The position numbers were made by a program, and so were the translations under genes. Below are positions 27,478 through 37,499 of a DNA stretch of 64,000 nt, piece after piece. Within the stretch, counting starts at the first letter, position 1. Every line of letters starts with the position of its first letter. The DNA is from an uncultured Candidatus Entotheonella sp. (GTDB lineage: Bacteria; Tectomicrobia; Entotheonellia; Entotheonellales; Entotheonellaceae), in the NCBI GenBank assembly GCA_965217185.1, contig OZ244252.1, positions 704,001 through 768,000 of the forward strand, in the 5' to 3' direction. The notes beneath the pieces are model-generated. The model had not been told where the DNA came from. It worked only from the letters and a program-made list of their open reading frames with translations, and ran no database searches.

Positions 27478-29594
27478 AGTTTGGTTCCTCCCTCTGCCTG
27501 GGGCGACAGACGTTCAAGAACGAGGTAGTTGAGCGGGTGCACCTGGGCGCGAAACCGGCTGCTGACGACGGTGGAGGTGTCGTCTTCGACGATCACCGCG
27601 GGGCCGTTGATCTGCGCGCCCGGCGATAGGTCTTGGCGTTGATAAACCGGGGCGGTGAGAGTCTCACCGGTGACCGTATCGACGAGGCGGCGTTGGCCGC
27701 TGGGCGGCGGGGGAGCAGTGGGTTGAGTCAGCTCGACGACCGGAACGGGTACTTCGTCGGCGGTGCTGACCAGCAGGACCCAGGTGAGAATTTCCACCTC
27801 GAGGTGTGGGATGCTGCGCTCGTAAAGCCGTCGGTACTCGTCCTCGAACGCCGCCATCAGGACATCGGGCGCGTTGGGCTCCAGGCGCGGGGTGTGAATG
27901 CGCACCGGCAGCTCGACGCCGACCTCGTGGCCTTGGCCGACGTAACGCATGAACGCCGTGCGGGTTTCGCTCAACGGTCGGCCGGCGGCGCCGGCCTCGA
28001 CCACCGCGAGGGCTTCGGTGCGCATGGCGTCCAGCAGGGTGTTGGCGCCGTCGATGTCGAGCGACGTGACGCGCTGGTAAAAGCTGCGGGTCACCTCGTA
28101 CGAAACCGGCGCCCGCAGAAAGCCGATGGCGGAGCCCACACCGGCCTCGGGCGGGATGACGACGCGCCGCACGTTCAGCTTCTCTGCGAGGCGCGCGGCG
28201 TGCAGCGGGGCGGCGCCGCCAAAGGCGATGAGGGTGCGGTTTTCCACCATTCGGCCGCTTTCGATGGCGTGCACGCGCGAGGCGTTGGCCATGTTCTCGC
28301 CCACCATTTCCGACACCCCGAGGGCGGCCCCGCCGGCGTCGAGGTCCAGCCGCTTGCCCACGCCATTCACCAGGGCGTCGGCGGCTTTGTCGCGGTCCAG
28401 CACGATGCGCCCGCCGGCGAACTGTTGCGGGTCGATGCGCCCGAGGACGACGTCGGCATCGGTGACGGTCGGGTGCTCGCCGCCGCGGTCGTAGCAGGCC
28501 GGGCCGGGTTCCGAGCCGGCGCTTTCCGGCCCCACGGCGACCCGCCCCAGAGCGTCGAGCGTGGCGATGGAGCCGCCGCCGGCGCCGATCTCGACCATCT
28601 GAATGACCGGAATGCGCAGCGGGATGCCGCTGCCCTGCAGGAATCGGTAGACGCGCGCCACCTCGAAGCTGCGCGAGGTTTGCGGGGCGCCGTCGTCGAT
28701 CAGGCAGATTTTGGCGGTAGTGCCGCCCATGTCGTAGGACAGCACGGCGTCCAGCCCGAGTTGGCGGGCGATGTGACTGGCGAAAATGGCCCCGCCGGCC
28801 GGGCCGGATTCAACCAGCCGTACGGGGAAGCGGACGGCGGTTTCGAGGGTGGTGATGCCGCCGCCGGACAGCATGAGATAGAGCGGGCAGCGCAGCCCGG
28901 CATCGGCCAGTTGTTGTTGCAGGCCGCGCAGATGACGGCTCATCAGCGGCTGCACATAAGCGTTGGCGCAGGCGGTTGAGATGCGCTCGTACTCGCGCAT
29001 TTCGGGCGACACCTCGCTGGACAGGGTGACTTCCAGACCGGGCAGGGCGGCCAGCAGGATGTCGCGCGCCCGCTCTTCGTGGGCGTCGTTCATGTAGCTG
29101 TGCAGAAAGCCGATGGCGAGGCTGTGTACGGCCTCCGAACGCAGGCGGGGAATCAGGGCTTCGACGTCGGCCTCGACCAGCGGCAGCAGCACCTCGCCGC
29201 GGGCGTTGAGGCGCTCGCGCACCGGCAGGCGCAGCCGACGCGGCACCAGCGGGGTGGGCAGGTCGATGTCGAGATCGTACTGCTCATAGCGGTTCTCATT
29301 GCGCATCTCGATCACGTCACGGAAGCCTTCGGTGGTTATCAGCGCCGTCGCCGACCCCTTTTGCTCGATCAGCAAATTGGTGGCCAGGGTGGTGCCGTAA
29401 ATCACCGTGGTGACGGCCTGCGGTTGAACGCCGGCGCGTTGCAGCACCTCGTGCACGCCCCGCAGCACGCCATGTTCCGGCGCCTCGGAGGTGGTCAGCG
29501 TTTTGGCGGTATGGAAGGCGCTGCCGATTTCCAGTGCCACGTCCGTGAACGTGCCGCCGATGTCCACCGCCAGCCTGATTTCTTCTGCCGCCAT
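27474..29594 (-). CDS. Hydantoinase A/oxoprolinase subunit
   Basis: AVDIGGTFTD, GTTLATN, ESGPAGG, DMGGTT, IGAGGGS; start ATG 29594. Confidence 0.93.
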   Translation of the reverse strand: MAAEEIRLAVDIGGTFTDVALEIGSAFHTAKTLTTSEAPEHGVLRGVHEVLQRAGVQPQAVTTVIYGTTLATNLLIEQKGSATALITTEGFRDVIEMRNENRYEQYDLDIDLPTPLVPRRLRLPVRERLNARGEVLLPLVEADVEALIPRLRSEAVHSLAIGFLHSYMNDAHEERARDILLAALPGLEVTLSSEVSPEMREYERISTACANAYVQPLMSRHLRGLQQQLADAGLRCPLYLMLSGGGITTLETAVRFPVRLVESGPAGGAIFASHIARQLGLDAVLSYDMGGTTAKICLIDDGAPQTSRSFEVARVYRFLQGSGIPLRIPVIQMVEIGAGGGSIATLDALGRVAVGPESAGSEPGPACYDRGGEHPTVTDADVVLGRIDPQQFAGGRIVLDRDKAADALVNGVGKRLDLDAGGAALGVSEMVGENMANASRVHAIESGRMVENRTLIAFGGAAPLHAARLAEKLNVRRVVIPPEAGVGSAIGFLRAPVSYEVTRSFYQRVTSLDIDGANTLLDAMRTEALAVVEAGAAGRPLSETRTAFMRYVGQGHEVGVELPVRIHTPRLEPNAPDVLMAAFEDEYRRLYERSIPHLEVEILTWVLLVSTADEVPVPVVELTQPTAPPPPSGQRRLVDTVTGETLTAPVYQRQDLSPGAQINGPAVIVEDDTSTVVSSRFRAQVHPLNYLVLERLSPQAEGGTKL

Positions 29595-29611
29595 AATTTG
29601 TACCTGTGGGA

Positions 29612-29812
29612 TCAGCCGATTTCGAGAAACAGCTTGCGGAGGGCGGGAAAGCGGTCGGCGGACTGGTTGCGCAGCACTCGCATCACAACGGCGCGTGCGG
29701 CGAACCACAGCAGCACCAGACCGATGCCCAGCAACGCCATCAGAGCGCCGAACCCGAAAAGCCATTTGAGAACGACGAATACGTCGTGTAAAGCTGTCAG
29801 AATCATTCTCAA
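29612..29812 (-). CDS. Small hypothetical membrane protein
   Basis: 66 aa, one long hydrophobic segment, co-oriented between aroK and hydantoinase A. Confidence 0.5.
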   Translation of the reverse strand: MRMILTALHDVFVVLKWLFGFGALMALLGIGLVLLWFAARAVVMRVLRNQSADRFPALRKLFLEIG

Positions 29813-29830
29813 TCCTTTAGTCGTAACGCC

Positions 29831-30376
29831 TTACCCGGCTGTAAAACGATCCGTCTGCTGCAACAGACGATGAATGGCTCCTGCCTTGCGGCGCAGGTCG
29901 TCCCCCTCGTTTCTGCTTTGCGCCGACACGTCATACGTCAGGTCCGCAACGGCGTGATAGTGCTCGCGCCGCTCTTCCCACACCTGGGCAATTTCCGTTT
30001 CCGCGGGCCCCTGTCTGGTGAGGGACGGGCGGTGGCTGTGGCGGACGATGCGCGCTGCCAATACCGCCAAGTCGCAGACGAGCAGAACCACGATGCTGTG
30101 TTCCTTGAGGACCCGTGCGTTCTCCTCGTTGATCAGGGCGCCGCCGCCGACCGCGATGACGTGTTGGTGGAACTTGGCCGCGCCGGCCACGACTTGGCGT
30201 TCCAGGTTGCGAAAATGGTCCCAGCCGTACTGCGCCACGATATCGTTGATGGACATGCCGGCGCGGCGCACGATGTCTTTGTCGGTGTCGCGGAAACCGT
30301 AGCCCAACAGGCGGGCGAGGGCTCTGCCGAGGGTGCTTTTGCCGGTGCCGCGCAGGCCGGTCAGGACGACGTTCAC
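29831..30376 (-). CDS. aroK: Shikimate kinase
   Basis: GLRGTGKST, DTD, FR..E, GGG, RPSL, R...Y..VAD. Confidence 0.93.
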   Translation of the reverse strand: MNVVLTGLRGTGKSTLGRALARLLGYGFRDTDKDIVRRAGMSINDIVAQYGWDHFRNLERQVVAGAAKFHQHVIAVGGGALINEENARVLKEHSIVVLLVCDLAVLAARIVRHSHRPSLTRQGPAETEIAQVWEERREHYHAVADLTYDVSAQSRNEGDDLRRKAGAIHRLLQQTDRFTAG

Positions 30377-30379
30377 GCC

Positions 30380-31669
30380 TCACACCTTCTCGACGGATAT
30401 GCCGACGTGTTGCAGATCGTCCCAGAAGCCGGGGTAGGTTTTGGCCACGCAGCCCGGCTCGCGGATGCGGATGCCCGGCAGGCGGGCGCCGGCCATGCCG
30501 AAGCACATGGCCATGCGGTGGTCGTCGTAGGTATCGATTTCGGCCCCATGCAGGGTGTCAGGGTTGCCGTCGATGTGCAAGCCGTCGGGCAATTCCGTCA
30601 CCGCGGCGCCGATTTTGCGCAACTCGGTGGCCAAGGCCCGCAGTCGGTCGGTTTCCTTCACGCGCAGGTTGGCGATGTTGCACAGGCGCGTTTCGCCCTG
30701 GCAGAAGGCGGCGAGCACGGCGACCGTCATGGCGGCGTCGGGCAGGGCGTTGAGGTCGATGTCGCCGAGCGGCTTTAGCTGCTGCGGTCCCGCAACGTGC
30801 CATCCCTGGCGCCGCGACACGGTGCAGCCCATGCGCTCCAGCACCTGCAGGAAACGGGTGTCGCCCTGCACCGAGTCGGGCGGTACGTTGGTCACGCACA
30901 TGGTTTGCCCGAGCAGGGCGGCGAGGCCCCAGAAATAGCTGGCCGATGAGGCATCGCCCTCAATGGCGTAGTCACGGGCCGCGTACACTTGTTGGCCCGG
31001 AATGCGAAACAGCCGGTAATCGTCGTGCGCCACTTCGACGCCAAAGCGCGCCATGATGTCCAGGGTCAGGTCGACGTAGGGCACCGACACCAGGGTGTCC
31101 TGCACCTCCAGTGCCACGTCCTGTCGGGCGTAGGGCGCCGCCATCAGCAGGGCCGACAGAAACTGGCTGCTGATGGCGCCCGAGACGGTGGCGCGGCCGC
31201 CTTGCAGGCGCGTGGCGCCGATGCGGACCGGCGGACAGCCGTTGCCGTGCACGCTGCTGACCTCGGCGCCGAGCTGACCGAGGGCGGCGAGCAGGTCGGC
31301 GATGGGGCGCTCCTGCATTCGCTCATTGCCGGTGATGGTGCTGGGGAATCCCGCCAAGGTCATCATGGCGGTCAGGAAGCGGGTCGCGGTGCCGGAATTG
31401 CCGAGGAAAAGGGGTGTGCCGGGGTCGCTGAATTGCCCGCCCAGCCCGTGCACGGTGAAGGCGCCGTCGTCGTGCGTGACCAGGATCCCCAGGCGTTCGA
31501 GGGCCGCGCGGGCAACGCGCGTATCGTCGCTGATCAGGGCGCCGCGCAGGGTGCTCGTACCGTTAGCTACGGCGGCGATGGTCAGGGCGCGGTTGGTATA
31601 GCTCTTGGAGCCGGGAACGGCGTGTTCCGGCGCGATGCCGAGGGTTGGGATAACCTCGATGCGTTCCAT
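30380..31669 (-). CDS. aroA: EPSP synthase
   Basis: PGSKSYTNRAL, LGNSGTATRFL, SSQFLSALLM, LRVKETDRL, DDHRMAM. Confidence 0.97.
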   Translation of the reverse strand: MERIEVIPTLGIAPEHAVPGSKSYTNRALTIAAVANGTSTLRGALISDDTRVARAALERLGILVTHDDGAFTVHGLGGQFSDPGTPLFLGNSGTATRFLTAMMTLAGFPSTITGNERMQERPIADLLAALGQLGAEVSSVHGNGCPPVRIGATRLQGGRATVSGAISSQFLSALLMAAPYARQDVALEVQDTLVSVPYVDLTLDIMARFGVEVAHDDYRLFRIPGQQVYAARDYAIEGDASSASYFWGLAALLGQTMCVTNVPPDSVQGDTRFLQVLERMGCTVSRRQGWHVAGPQQLKPLGDIDLNALPDAAMTVAVLAAFCQGETRLCNIANLRVKETDRLRALATELRKIGAAVTELPDGLHIDGNPDTLHGAEIDTYDDHRMAMCFGMAGARLPGIRIREPGCVAKTYPGFWDDLQHVGISVEKV

Positions 31670-31725
31670 GCGCGGCTCGTAGGATGACCCCGGGCGGGAA
31701 ACGATGCCGGAGTGGGGAGGGAAGG

Positions 31726-31800
31726 TACCCCCGAGACGATTCGAACGTCCGACACACGGCTCCGGAGGCCGTTGCTCTATCCATGCTGAGCTACGGGGGC
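31726..31800 (-). tRNA. tRNA-Arg(CCG)
   Basis: GCCCCCGTAGCTCAGCATGGATAGAGCAACGGC-CTCCGGA-GCCGTGTGTCGGACGTTCGAATCGTCTCGGGGGTA; followed by CCT, so CCA is not fully encoded. Confidence 0.95.
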
Positions 31801-31901
31801 ACGGCTAAACAAAGCCATACTATAACTGAGTTCGCCGGGCTTGGACAACATCTTTTCTCGGTCTGCGCAAGCGCCGCTGCCGTCATGTTATAGTTCCGCA
31901 C

Positions 31902-32522
31902 ATGTACAGCGACCCAGAGAAAAACTCACGAGGCGTTTCGCCTTCATTCAGCGAAAAACAGAGATTGTGTCATCCTGGCCGCTCGCGGTTTTGGCATTGG
32001 CACGGCTTGGTGCTTCTGGCTGTCGTCGGGTTGACGGTGTGGGGCTGCGGGTACACGCTCATTGGCTCGCCGTCTGGCGGGTTGGACAAGCGGGCTGCCG
32101 CTGTGGCCGTGGAGCCGTTCACCAACGAAACGCGCGAGCCCCAGATAGAACATTACGCCACCGCGGCGCTGCGTCAGGCGCTGATGCAGGGGAGGGGGTT
32201 TGTGCTGACCCCGGCGACCGCGGCGCCGACGCGGGTACAGGGCCGTGTTCGCCAGTTTCGTACCACGGCGCTGTCGTATGGCCCGAACGACAACGTGCTG
32301 GAGTATCGTCTCGAAGCCGACATACGCGTTTCTGTGCTGAGCGGGAAAGAAACGCAGCCGCTGCTGCAGCATGACATCCCGGCGCGGGCCGAGTATTTGG
32401 TGTCGCGCACCAGCGACGTGCGCGAGGCGGCCGTCGCGCGCGAGGCCGCCCTGGCCCTGCTGGCGCGGCAATTCGCCGATCGCTGCACTGCTTGGCTGAC
32501 CATCGCCCTATTGGAAGAGTGA
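31902..32522 (+). CDS. lptE: LPS-assembly lipoprotein LptE family (start uncertain)
   Basis: VWGCGYTL lipobox, PFTNET.EP, position directly upstream of holA. Confidence 0.75.
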   Translation: MYSDPEKNSRGVSPSFSEKQRLCHPGRSRFWHWHGLVLLAVVGLTVWGCGYTLIGSPSGGLDKRAAAVAVEPFTNETREPQIEHYATAALRQALMQGRGFVLTPATAAPTRVQGRVRQFRTTALSYGPNDNVLEYRLEADIRVSVLSGKETQPLLQHDIPARAEYLVSRTSDVREAAVAREAALALLARQFADRCTAWLTIALLEE

Positions 32523-32526
32523 CCGC

Positions 32527-33531
32527 ATGCCGCGTCTTGCCATCGCCGAGCTCTGGCGTCGATTGGACCAAAGCACCATCGATCCGTTCTACCTCTTCTT
32601 TGGCCAGGAAGCCTACCTCGTCCGCGAGTACACCGAGGCCCTGACAGCCCGCATTCTCGGCACCGCGCCGCGCGATTTCAATTACGACCGCTATGCCATG
32701 GCGGACCGCGACAGCCTCGCGGAAGCGCTCGGAACGGCCCGCACGTTGCCCGTCATGACGATGCATCGCGTGGTGGTGATGCAGGACTTACAGGAGTTGC
32801 GCAAAGCCGATTGGAAGTTGTTGGAAGGCTATGTGACGTCGCCTTCCGAGAGCACGGCGTTGATCGCCGGCAGCCGGGACAGCGAGCCGAAGAAATTCCC
32901 AGACTTCGTGTGGAAGCACGCGGCGGCGGTGGCCTGCGCGCCACTGGACGGCGGCAACCTGCGCGGCTGGGTGGCCAAGGCGGTGACGGCGGCGGGTTAC
33001 AGCATTACCGACGAGGCGATTCGCGGCCTGCTGCAAGACCATGATCCCGACTTGCGGATTCTGGAGCGCGAGATCGAGAAGCTGTGTACGTACGTGGGCG
33101 AGCCGGGGGAGGTGAGACTGGAGGACGTGCAGGCGGTAGGACAGGCGTCGCGGCAGCATTCCCTCTTTGCGCTGTCCGACGCGCTTGGCGGCCGCCAAGC
33201 GGGGCCGGCGTTGTTGGAAGTCGACCACCTGCTCAATCAGGGCGAGCCGCCGCTCGTCATCATGAGTATGATCGTGCGGCACTTCCGCCTGTTGTGGACC
33301 ATCAAGCAACTCGTCGGCCAGAGTCAGGACCGTTACCGCATCGCCAAGACGCTGCGCTTGCCGCCCAACGTGTGCCGCACTCTGATGGCGCAGAGCGGAT
33401 CCTTTTCTGCCGAGCGGCTGCAGGAATTGTACGGGGCTGCTTTGGAGGCGGATTTGACGTTCAAAAGCACGAACAAACCCCCGCGGGCCATTCTGGAGGG
33501 GTTGGTTCTCCAGCTATGCGGGGGGGTTTAA
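32527..33531 (+). CDS. holA: DNA polymerase III delta subunit
   Basis: YLFFGQEAYL, TLPVM..RVVV, EIEKLCTY, F.LSDA, GEPPL. Confidence 0.93.
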   Translation: MPRLAIAELWRRLDQSTIDPFYLFFGQEAYLVREYTEALTARILGTAPRDFNYDRYAMADRDSLAEALGTARTLPVMTMHRVVVMQDLQELRKADWKLLEGYVTSPSESTALIAGSRDSEPKKFPDFVWKHAAAVACAPLDGGNLRGWVAKAVTAAGYSITDEAIRGLLQDHDPDLRILEREIEKLCTYVGEPGEVRLEDVQAVGQASRQHSLFALSDALGGRQAGPALLEVDHLLNQGEPPLVIMSMIVRHFRLLWTIKQLVGQSQDRYRIAKTLRLPPNVCRTLMAQSGSFSAERLQELYGAALEADLTFKSTNKPPRAILEGLVLQLCGGV

Positions 33532-33806
33532 GCGGACTGACTGGCGAGCGCCGCCACCTTGCGGGTGAGGCGGGAAATGCGCCGGGAAGCCAGGTTCCTG
33601 TGGATAATGCCCTTGGTGGTGGCTTTGCCCAAGGCGCGAACCGCAAGGGGAAGCTCGGCTTGAGCGGTGGGAACGTCTTTGCGTGCGACAGCCGATGTGA
33701 CGCGCCGGATGGTGGTACGAAGGGCCGAGCGCAGCGTGGTGTTACGCTCATTTCGCTTCTTGTTCTGGCGGTTGCGTTTCACTGTTGAGGGATGACGATT
33801 TGCCAT
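33528..33806 (-). CDS. rpsT: 30S ribosomal protein S20
   Basis: MANRHPS..KRNRQN.KRN.RN...RT, KGIIHRN.ASR..SRL. Confidence 0.96.
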   Translation of the reverse strand: MANRHPSTVKRNRQNKKRNERNTTLRSALRTTIRRVTSAVARKDVPTAQAELPLAVRALGKATTKGIIHRNLASRRISRLTRKVAALASQSA

Positions 33807-33834
33807 AAATAAGGTCTCCTTTTGGTGAACAGGC

Positions 33835-33864
33835 AGTATAGCAAGGGGGTCACAAACGTGTCAA
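33835..33864 (-). promoter_or_regulatory. Sigma70 promoter of rpsT
   Basis: Minus strand TTGACA-N18-TATACT with extended -10 TG. Confidence 0.75.
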
Positions 33865-33919
33865 CGAACGGGGAAGGGGATAAATCATGGCGCGGCGCAG
33901 GGCGGGAGTGAACGGATAG

Positions 33920-35905
33920 ATGCCTGACCACAGCTACTTTGCGAACCTGATCTGGCAGATTGCCGACCTGCTGCGCGGCCCTTACCGACCGCCGCAGTAC
34001 GAGCGCGTCATGCTGCCCATGACGGTGCTGCGCCGGTTCGACTGCGTGCTTGCCCCGTCGAAGGCCGAGGTGCTGGCCGAATACGAGAGACGCCGCGGCA
34101 GGCTCGAAGGCGAGGCTTTGGACCTGCGGTTGAACCGGGCTGCTGGACAGCGCTTTCATAACCGCTCCCCTCTCGACTTCGGGAAACTCAAAGGGGATCC
34201 GGACAATATCGAAATGAACTTGGTCAGCTACATCCATGGGTTCTCGAAGAACGTGCGCGACATCTTCGAGTTTTTCGAGTTCGAGAACGAAATCGAACGG
34301 ATGAGCGAGGCGAACATTCTCTACCTCGTCGTTTCCAAATTCGCCGGCGTCGATCTGCACCCGGATACGGTGCCGAACGAGCAAATGGGGCTCATCTTCG
34401 AGAACCTGATCCGCCGCTTCAACGAATTGGCCAACGAGACGGCCGGCGACCACTTCACGCCGCGCGACGTCATCCGGTTGATGGTGAGCATCCTGTTCAT
34501 TGAAGACGACCAACTGCTGGCTACGCCCGGCGCCGTCCGCAAGCTGCTCGACCCGGCCTGCGGCACCGGCGGCATGCTGGCGGAAGCGCAGAACTATCTG
34601 CGCGAGCACCACGGGGCGGCAAAGCTCTTCGTCTACGGGCAGGACTACAATCCGCGCGCCTTCGCCACCGCCGCCTCCGACATGCTCATGAAGCAGGTCG
34701 ACCACAACGGCAGTGGCGCGAACGTCCGGCACGGCGACAGCTTGACCGAGGACCGGTTCGCGGGGGAAACTTTCGATTACTTCCTCACCAATCCGCCCTT
34801 CGGCGTGGACTGGAAGAGGCAGCAGAAAGAGATTAGGCAGGAGCACGATCAACGCGCCTTCGATGGCCGCTTCGGCGCCGGGCTGCCGCGCGTGAACGAC
34901 GGTTCGCTGCTCTTTCTGCAGCACATGTGGGACAAGCGCGAACCGGTGCAGCCGGCGGAACACAAGCACGGCTCCCGGCTCGCTATCGTCTTCAGCGGCT
35001 CGCCGCTCTTCACCGGCGGCGCCGGCTCGGGCGAGAGCAACATCCGCAAGTGGATCATCGAGAACGACTGGCTAGAGGCCGTCATCGCGCTGCCGGAGCA
35101 GATGTTCTACAACACCGGCATCGGCACCTACGTCTGGATTGTCACCAACCGCAAGGAGGGCCGCCGCAAAGGCAGGGTTCAACTCCTCGACGCGCGCGAC
35201 GCGTGGACCCCGGGCGGCAGCGAGGACAACAAACGCAGCCTGGGTGACAAGCGTCGGCACCTGGCGGCGGCGCAAATCAAGGAGATTGTGCGCCTCTACG
35301 GCCGCTTCGAGGACAATGACTGCTCGAAGCGCTTCGACAACGCCGACTTCGGCTACACCCGCGTCACCGTGGAGCGGCCCCTGCGCCTACGCTACCAGAT
35401 GACCATAGAGGACAAGGCCCGCTTTCTCGACGCCTGCCCGCACCTACTCGACGACGTGCAGCCCATCGACAATGCGTTGGGACGGGAACCGATGCGCGAC
35501 TGGAACGCCGCATGGGAGAACATTACCGATCTCCTGCATAAGCGACAGTCGCGCTGGAAGAAGGCGGAGCAAAAACTCTTCCGGGATGTCTTCACCGAGA
35601 AGGATCCGCAGGCCGAGCCGGTTAGGAGGGAGGGTCGGGAGAACGGCTACGAGTCTGACACCGAACTGCGCGACTTCGAGAACGTGCCACTTAAGGACGA
35701 CATCGACGCCCATTTCGAGCGCGAGGTGCGCCCCCATGTCTTCGACGCCTGGATGGACCGCGACAAGGACAAAGGCGGCTACGAGATCAACTTCAGCCGT
35801 CACTTCTACAAGTACGCGCCACCACGGCCGTTGGAAGAGATCGACACAGACCTGAAGAAGGCGGAGGAGAAGATCATGCAGTTAGTGCGGGAGGTGACGG
35901 CGTGA
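33920..35905 (+). CDS. hsdM: Type I R-M methyltransferase (m6A)
   Basis: IW.IADLLRG, GDHFTPRDV, DPACGTGGML, TNPPFG, FYNTGIGTY. Confidence 0.96.
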   Translation: MPDHSYFANLIWQIADLLRGPYRPPQYERVMLPMTVLRRFDCVLAPSKAEVLAEYERRRGRLEGEALDLRLNRAAGQRFHNRSPLDFGKLKGDPDNIEMNLVSYIHGFSKNVRDIFEFFEFENEIERMSEANILYLVVSKFAGVDLHPDTVPNEQMGLIFENLIRRFNELANETAGDHFTPRDVIRLMVSILFIEDDQLLATPGAVRKLLDPACGTGGMLAEAQNYLREHHGAAKLFVYGQDYNPRAFATAASDMLMKQVDHNGSGANVRHGDSLTEDRFAGETFDYFLTNPPFGVDWKRQQKEIRQEHDQRAFDGRFGAGLPRVNDGSLLFLQHMWDKREPVQPAEHKHGSRLAIVFSGSPLFTGGAGSGESNIRKWIIENDWLEAVIALPEQMFYNTGIGTYVWIVTNRKEGRRKGRVQLLDARDAWTPGGSEDNKRSLGDKRRHLAAAQIKEIVRLYGRFEDNDCSKRFDNADFGYTRVTVERPLRLRYQMTIEDKARFLDACPHLLDDVQPIDNALGREPMRDWNAAWENITDLLHKRQSRWKKAEQKLFRDVFTEKDPQAEPVRREGRENGYESDTELRDFENVPLKDDIDAHFEREVRPHVFDAWMDRDKDKGGYEINFSRHFYKYAPPRPLEEIDTDLKKAEEKIMQLVREVTA

Positions 35906-37499
35906 TGTGGCCGCGGGCGAAGCTGAAATTTGTCGCACGTCTAGGCTATGGCGACGCACTGCCAAGTGATGAGCCACTGGAGGGTGCCTTTCGTGTGTTT
36001 GGCTCCAACGGACCGTTTGCTTCTCTTTCAAGAGCCAACACAAGAAAGCCGGCGATCATCATCGGGCGAAAAGGCTCTTATGGCAAGGTCAACTGGACGG
36101 CGGAACCGTGCTTCGCTTCTGACACGACCTTCTTTGTGGATGAGTCGACTAGCCGGAACCATTTGCGCTGGGTCTACTGGCTCCTTCAAACTTTGCGGCT
36201 TGATGAAGGGACGGACGAAGCAGCAGTTCCGGGCCTCAATCGCGAAACGGCCTACAACAGAGAGGTACTTGTCCCAACACTCTCCGAGCAGTGCGCTATC
36301 GCTAACTACCTCGACCGCGAGACGGCGCGGCTAGATACATTGGTAACGGCAAAAGAACACCTCCTCGATCTGATCGCCGAGAAACGTCGGGCGCTCATCA
36401 CCCGTGCCGTTACCCGCGGCGTCGGTGCTATGGGATGGCAATCCCTACAAACGCATCCTGACCCGGCGGCTAGAGGCAATGAACGTGGAATTGAAGAAGG
36501 CGGAGGAGAAGATCATGCAGTTAGTGCGGGACGGCGTGATGTGGCCGCGGGCGAAGCTGAAAGAAAGCCGGCGATCATCATCGGGCGAAAAGGCTCTTAT
36601 GGCAAGGTCAACTGGACGGCGGAACCGTGCTTCGCTTCTGACACGACCTTCTTTGTGGATGAGTCGACTAGCCGGAACCATTTGCGCTGGGTCTACTGGC
36701 TCCTTCAAACTTTGCGGCTTGATGAAGGGACGGACGAAGCAGCAGTTCCGGGCCTCAATCGCGAAACGGCCTACAACAGAGAGGTACTTGTCCCAACACT
36801 CTCCGAGCAGTGCGCTATCGCTAACTACCTCGACCGCGAGACGGCGCGGCTAGATACATTGGTAACGGCAAAAGAACACCTCCTCGATCTGATCGCCGAG
36901 AAACGTCGGGCGCTCATCACCCGTGCCGTTACCCGCGGCGTCGGTGCTATGGGATGGCAATCCCTACAAACGCATCCTGACCCGGCGGCTAGAGGCAATG
37001 AACGTGGAATTGAAGAAGGCGGAGGAGAAGATCATGCAGTTAGTGCGGGAGGTGACGGCGTGATGTGGCCGCGGGCGAAGCTGAAATTTGTCGCACGTCT
37101 AGGCTATGGCGACGCACTGCCAAGTGATGAGCCACTGGAGGGTGCCTTTCGTGTGTTTGGCTCCAACGGACCGTTTGCTTCTCTTTCAAGAGCCAACACA
37201 AGAAAGCCGGCGATCATCATCGGGCGAAAAGGCTCTTATGGCAAGGTCAACTGGACGGCGGAACCGTGCTTCGCTTCTGACACGACCTTCTTTGTGGATG
37301 AGTCGACTAGCCGGAACCATTTGCGCTGGGTCTACTGGCTCCTTCAAACTTTGCGGCTTGATGAAGGGACGGACGAAGCAGCAGTTCCGGGCCTCAATCG
37401 CGAAACGGCCTACAACAGAGAGGTACTTGTCCCAACACTCTCCGAGCAGTGCGCTATCGCTAACTACCTCGACCGCGAGACGGCGCGGCTAGATACATT
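35853..37499 (+). repeat. Tandem triplication of the hsdM 3' end plus hsdS 5' half
   Basis: Units start at 35853, 36492 and 37011 (639 bp, 519 bp, 489 bp shared); unit 2 lacks 5 bp and 115 bp. Confidence 0.92.

Noticed and set aside
25876..28979. Long antisense ORFs (also 12863..14137, 15175..16542, 33779..34969, 45851..47497)
   Set aside because: Typical high-GC antisense shadows of well-supported genes
31726..31800. tRNA as island integration site
   Set aside because: No integrase and no duplicated tRNA 3' end seen; flanked by core genes
35853..37499. Repeats as CRISPR or DGR template/variable repeats
   Set aside because: Units are about 0.5-0.6 kb coding duplicates with no spacers, no adenine-specific mismatches seen and no RT
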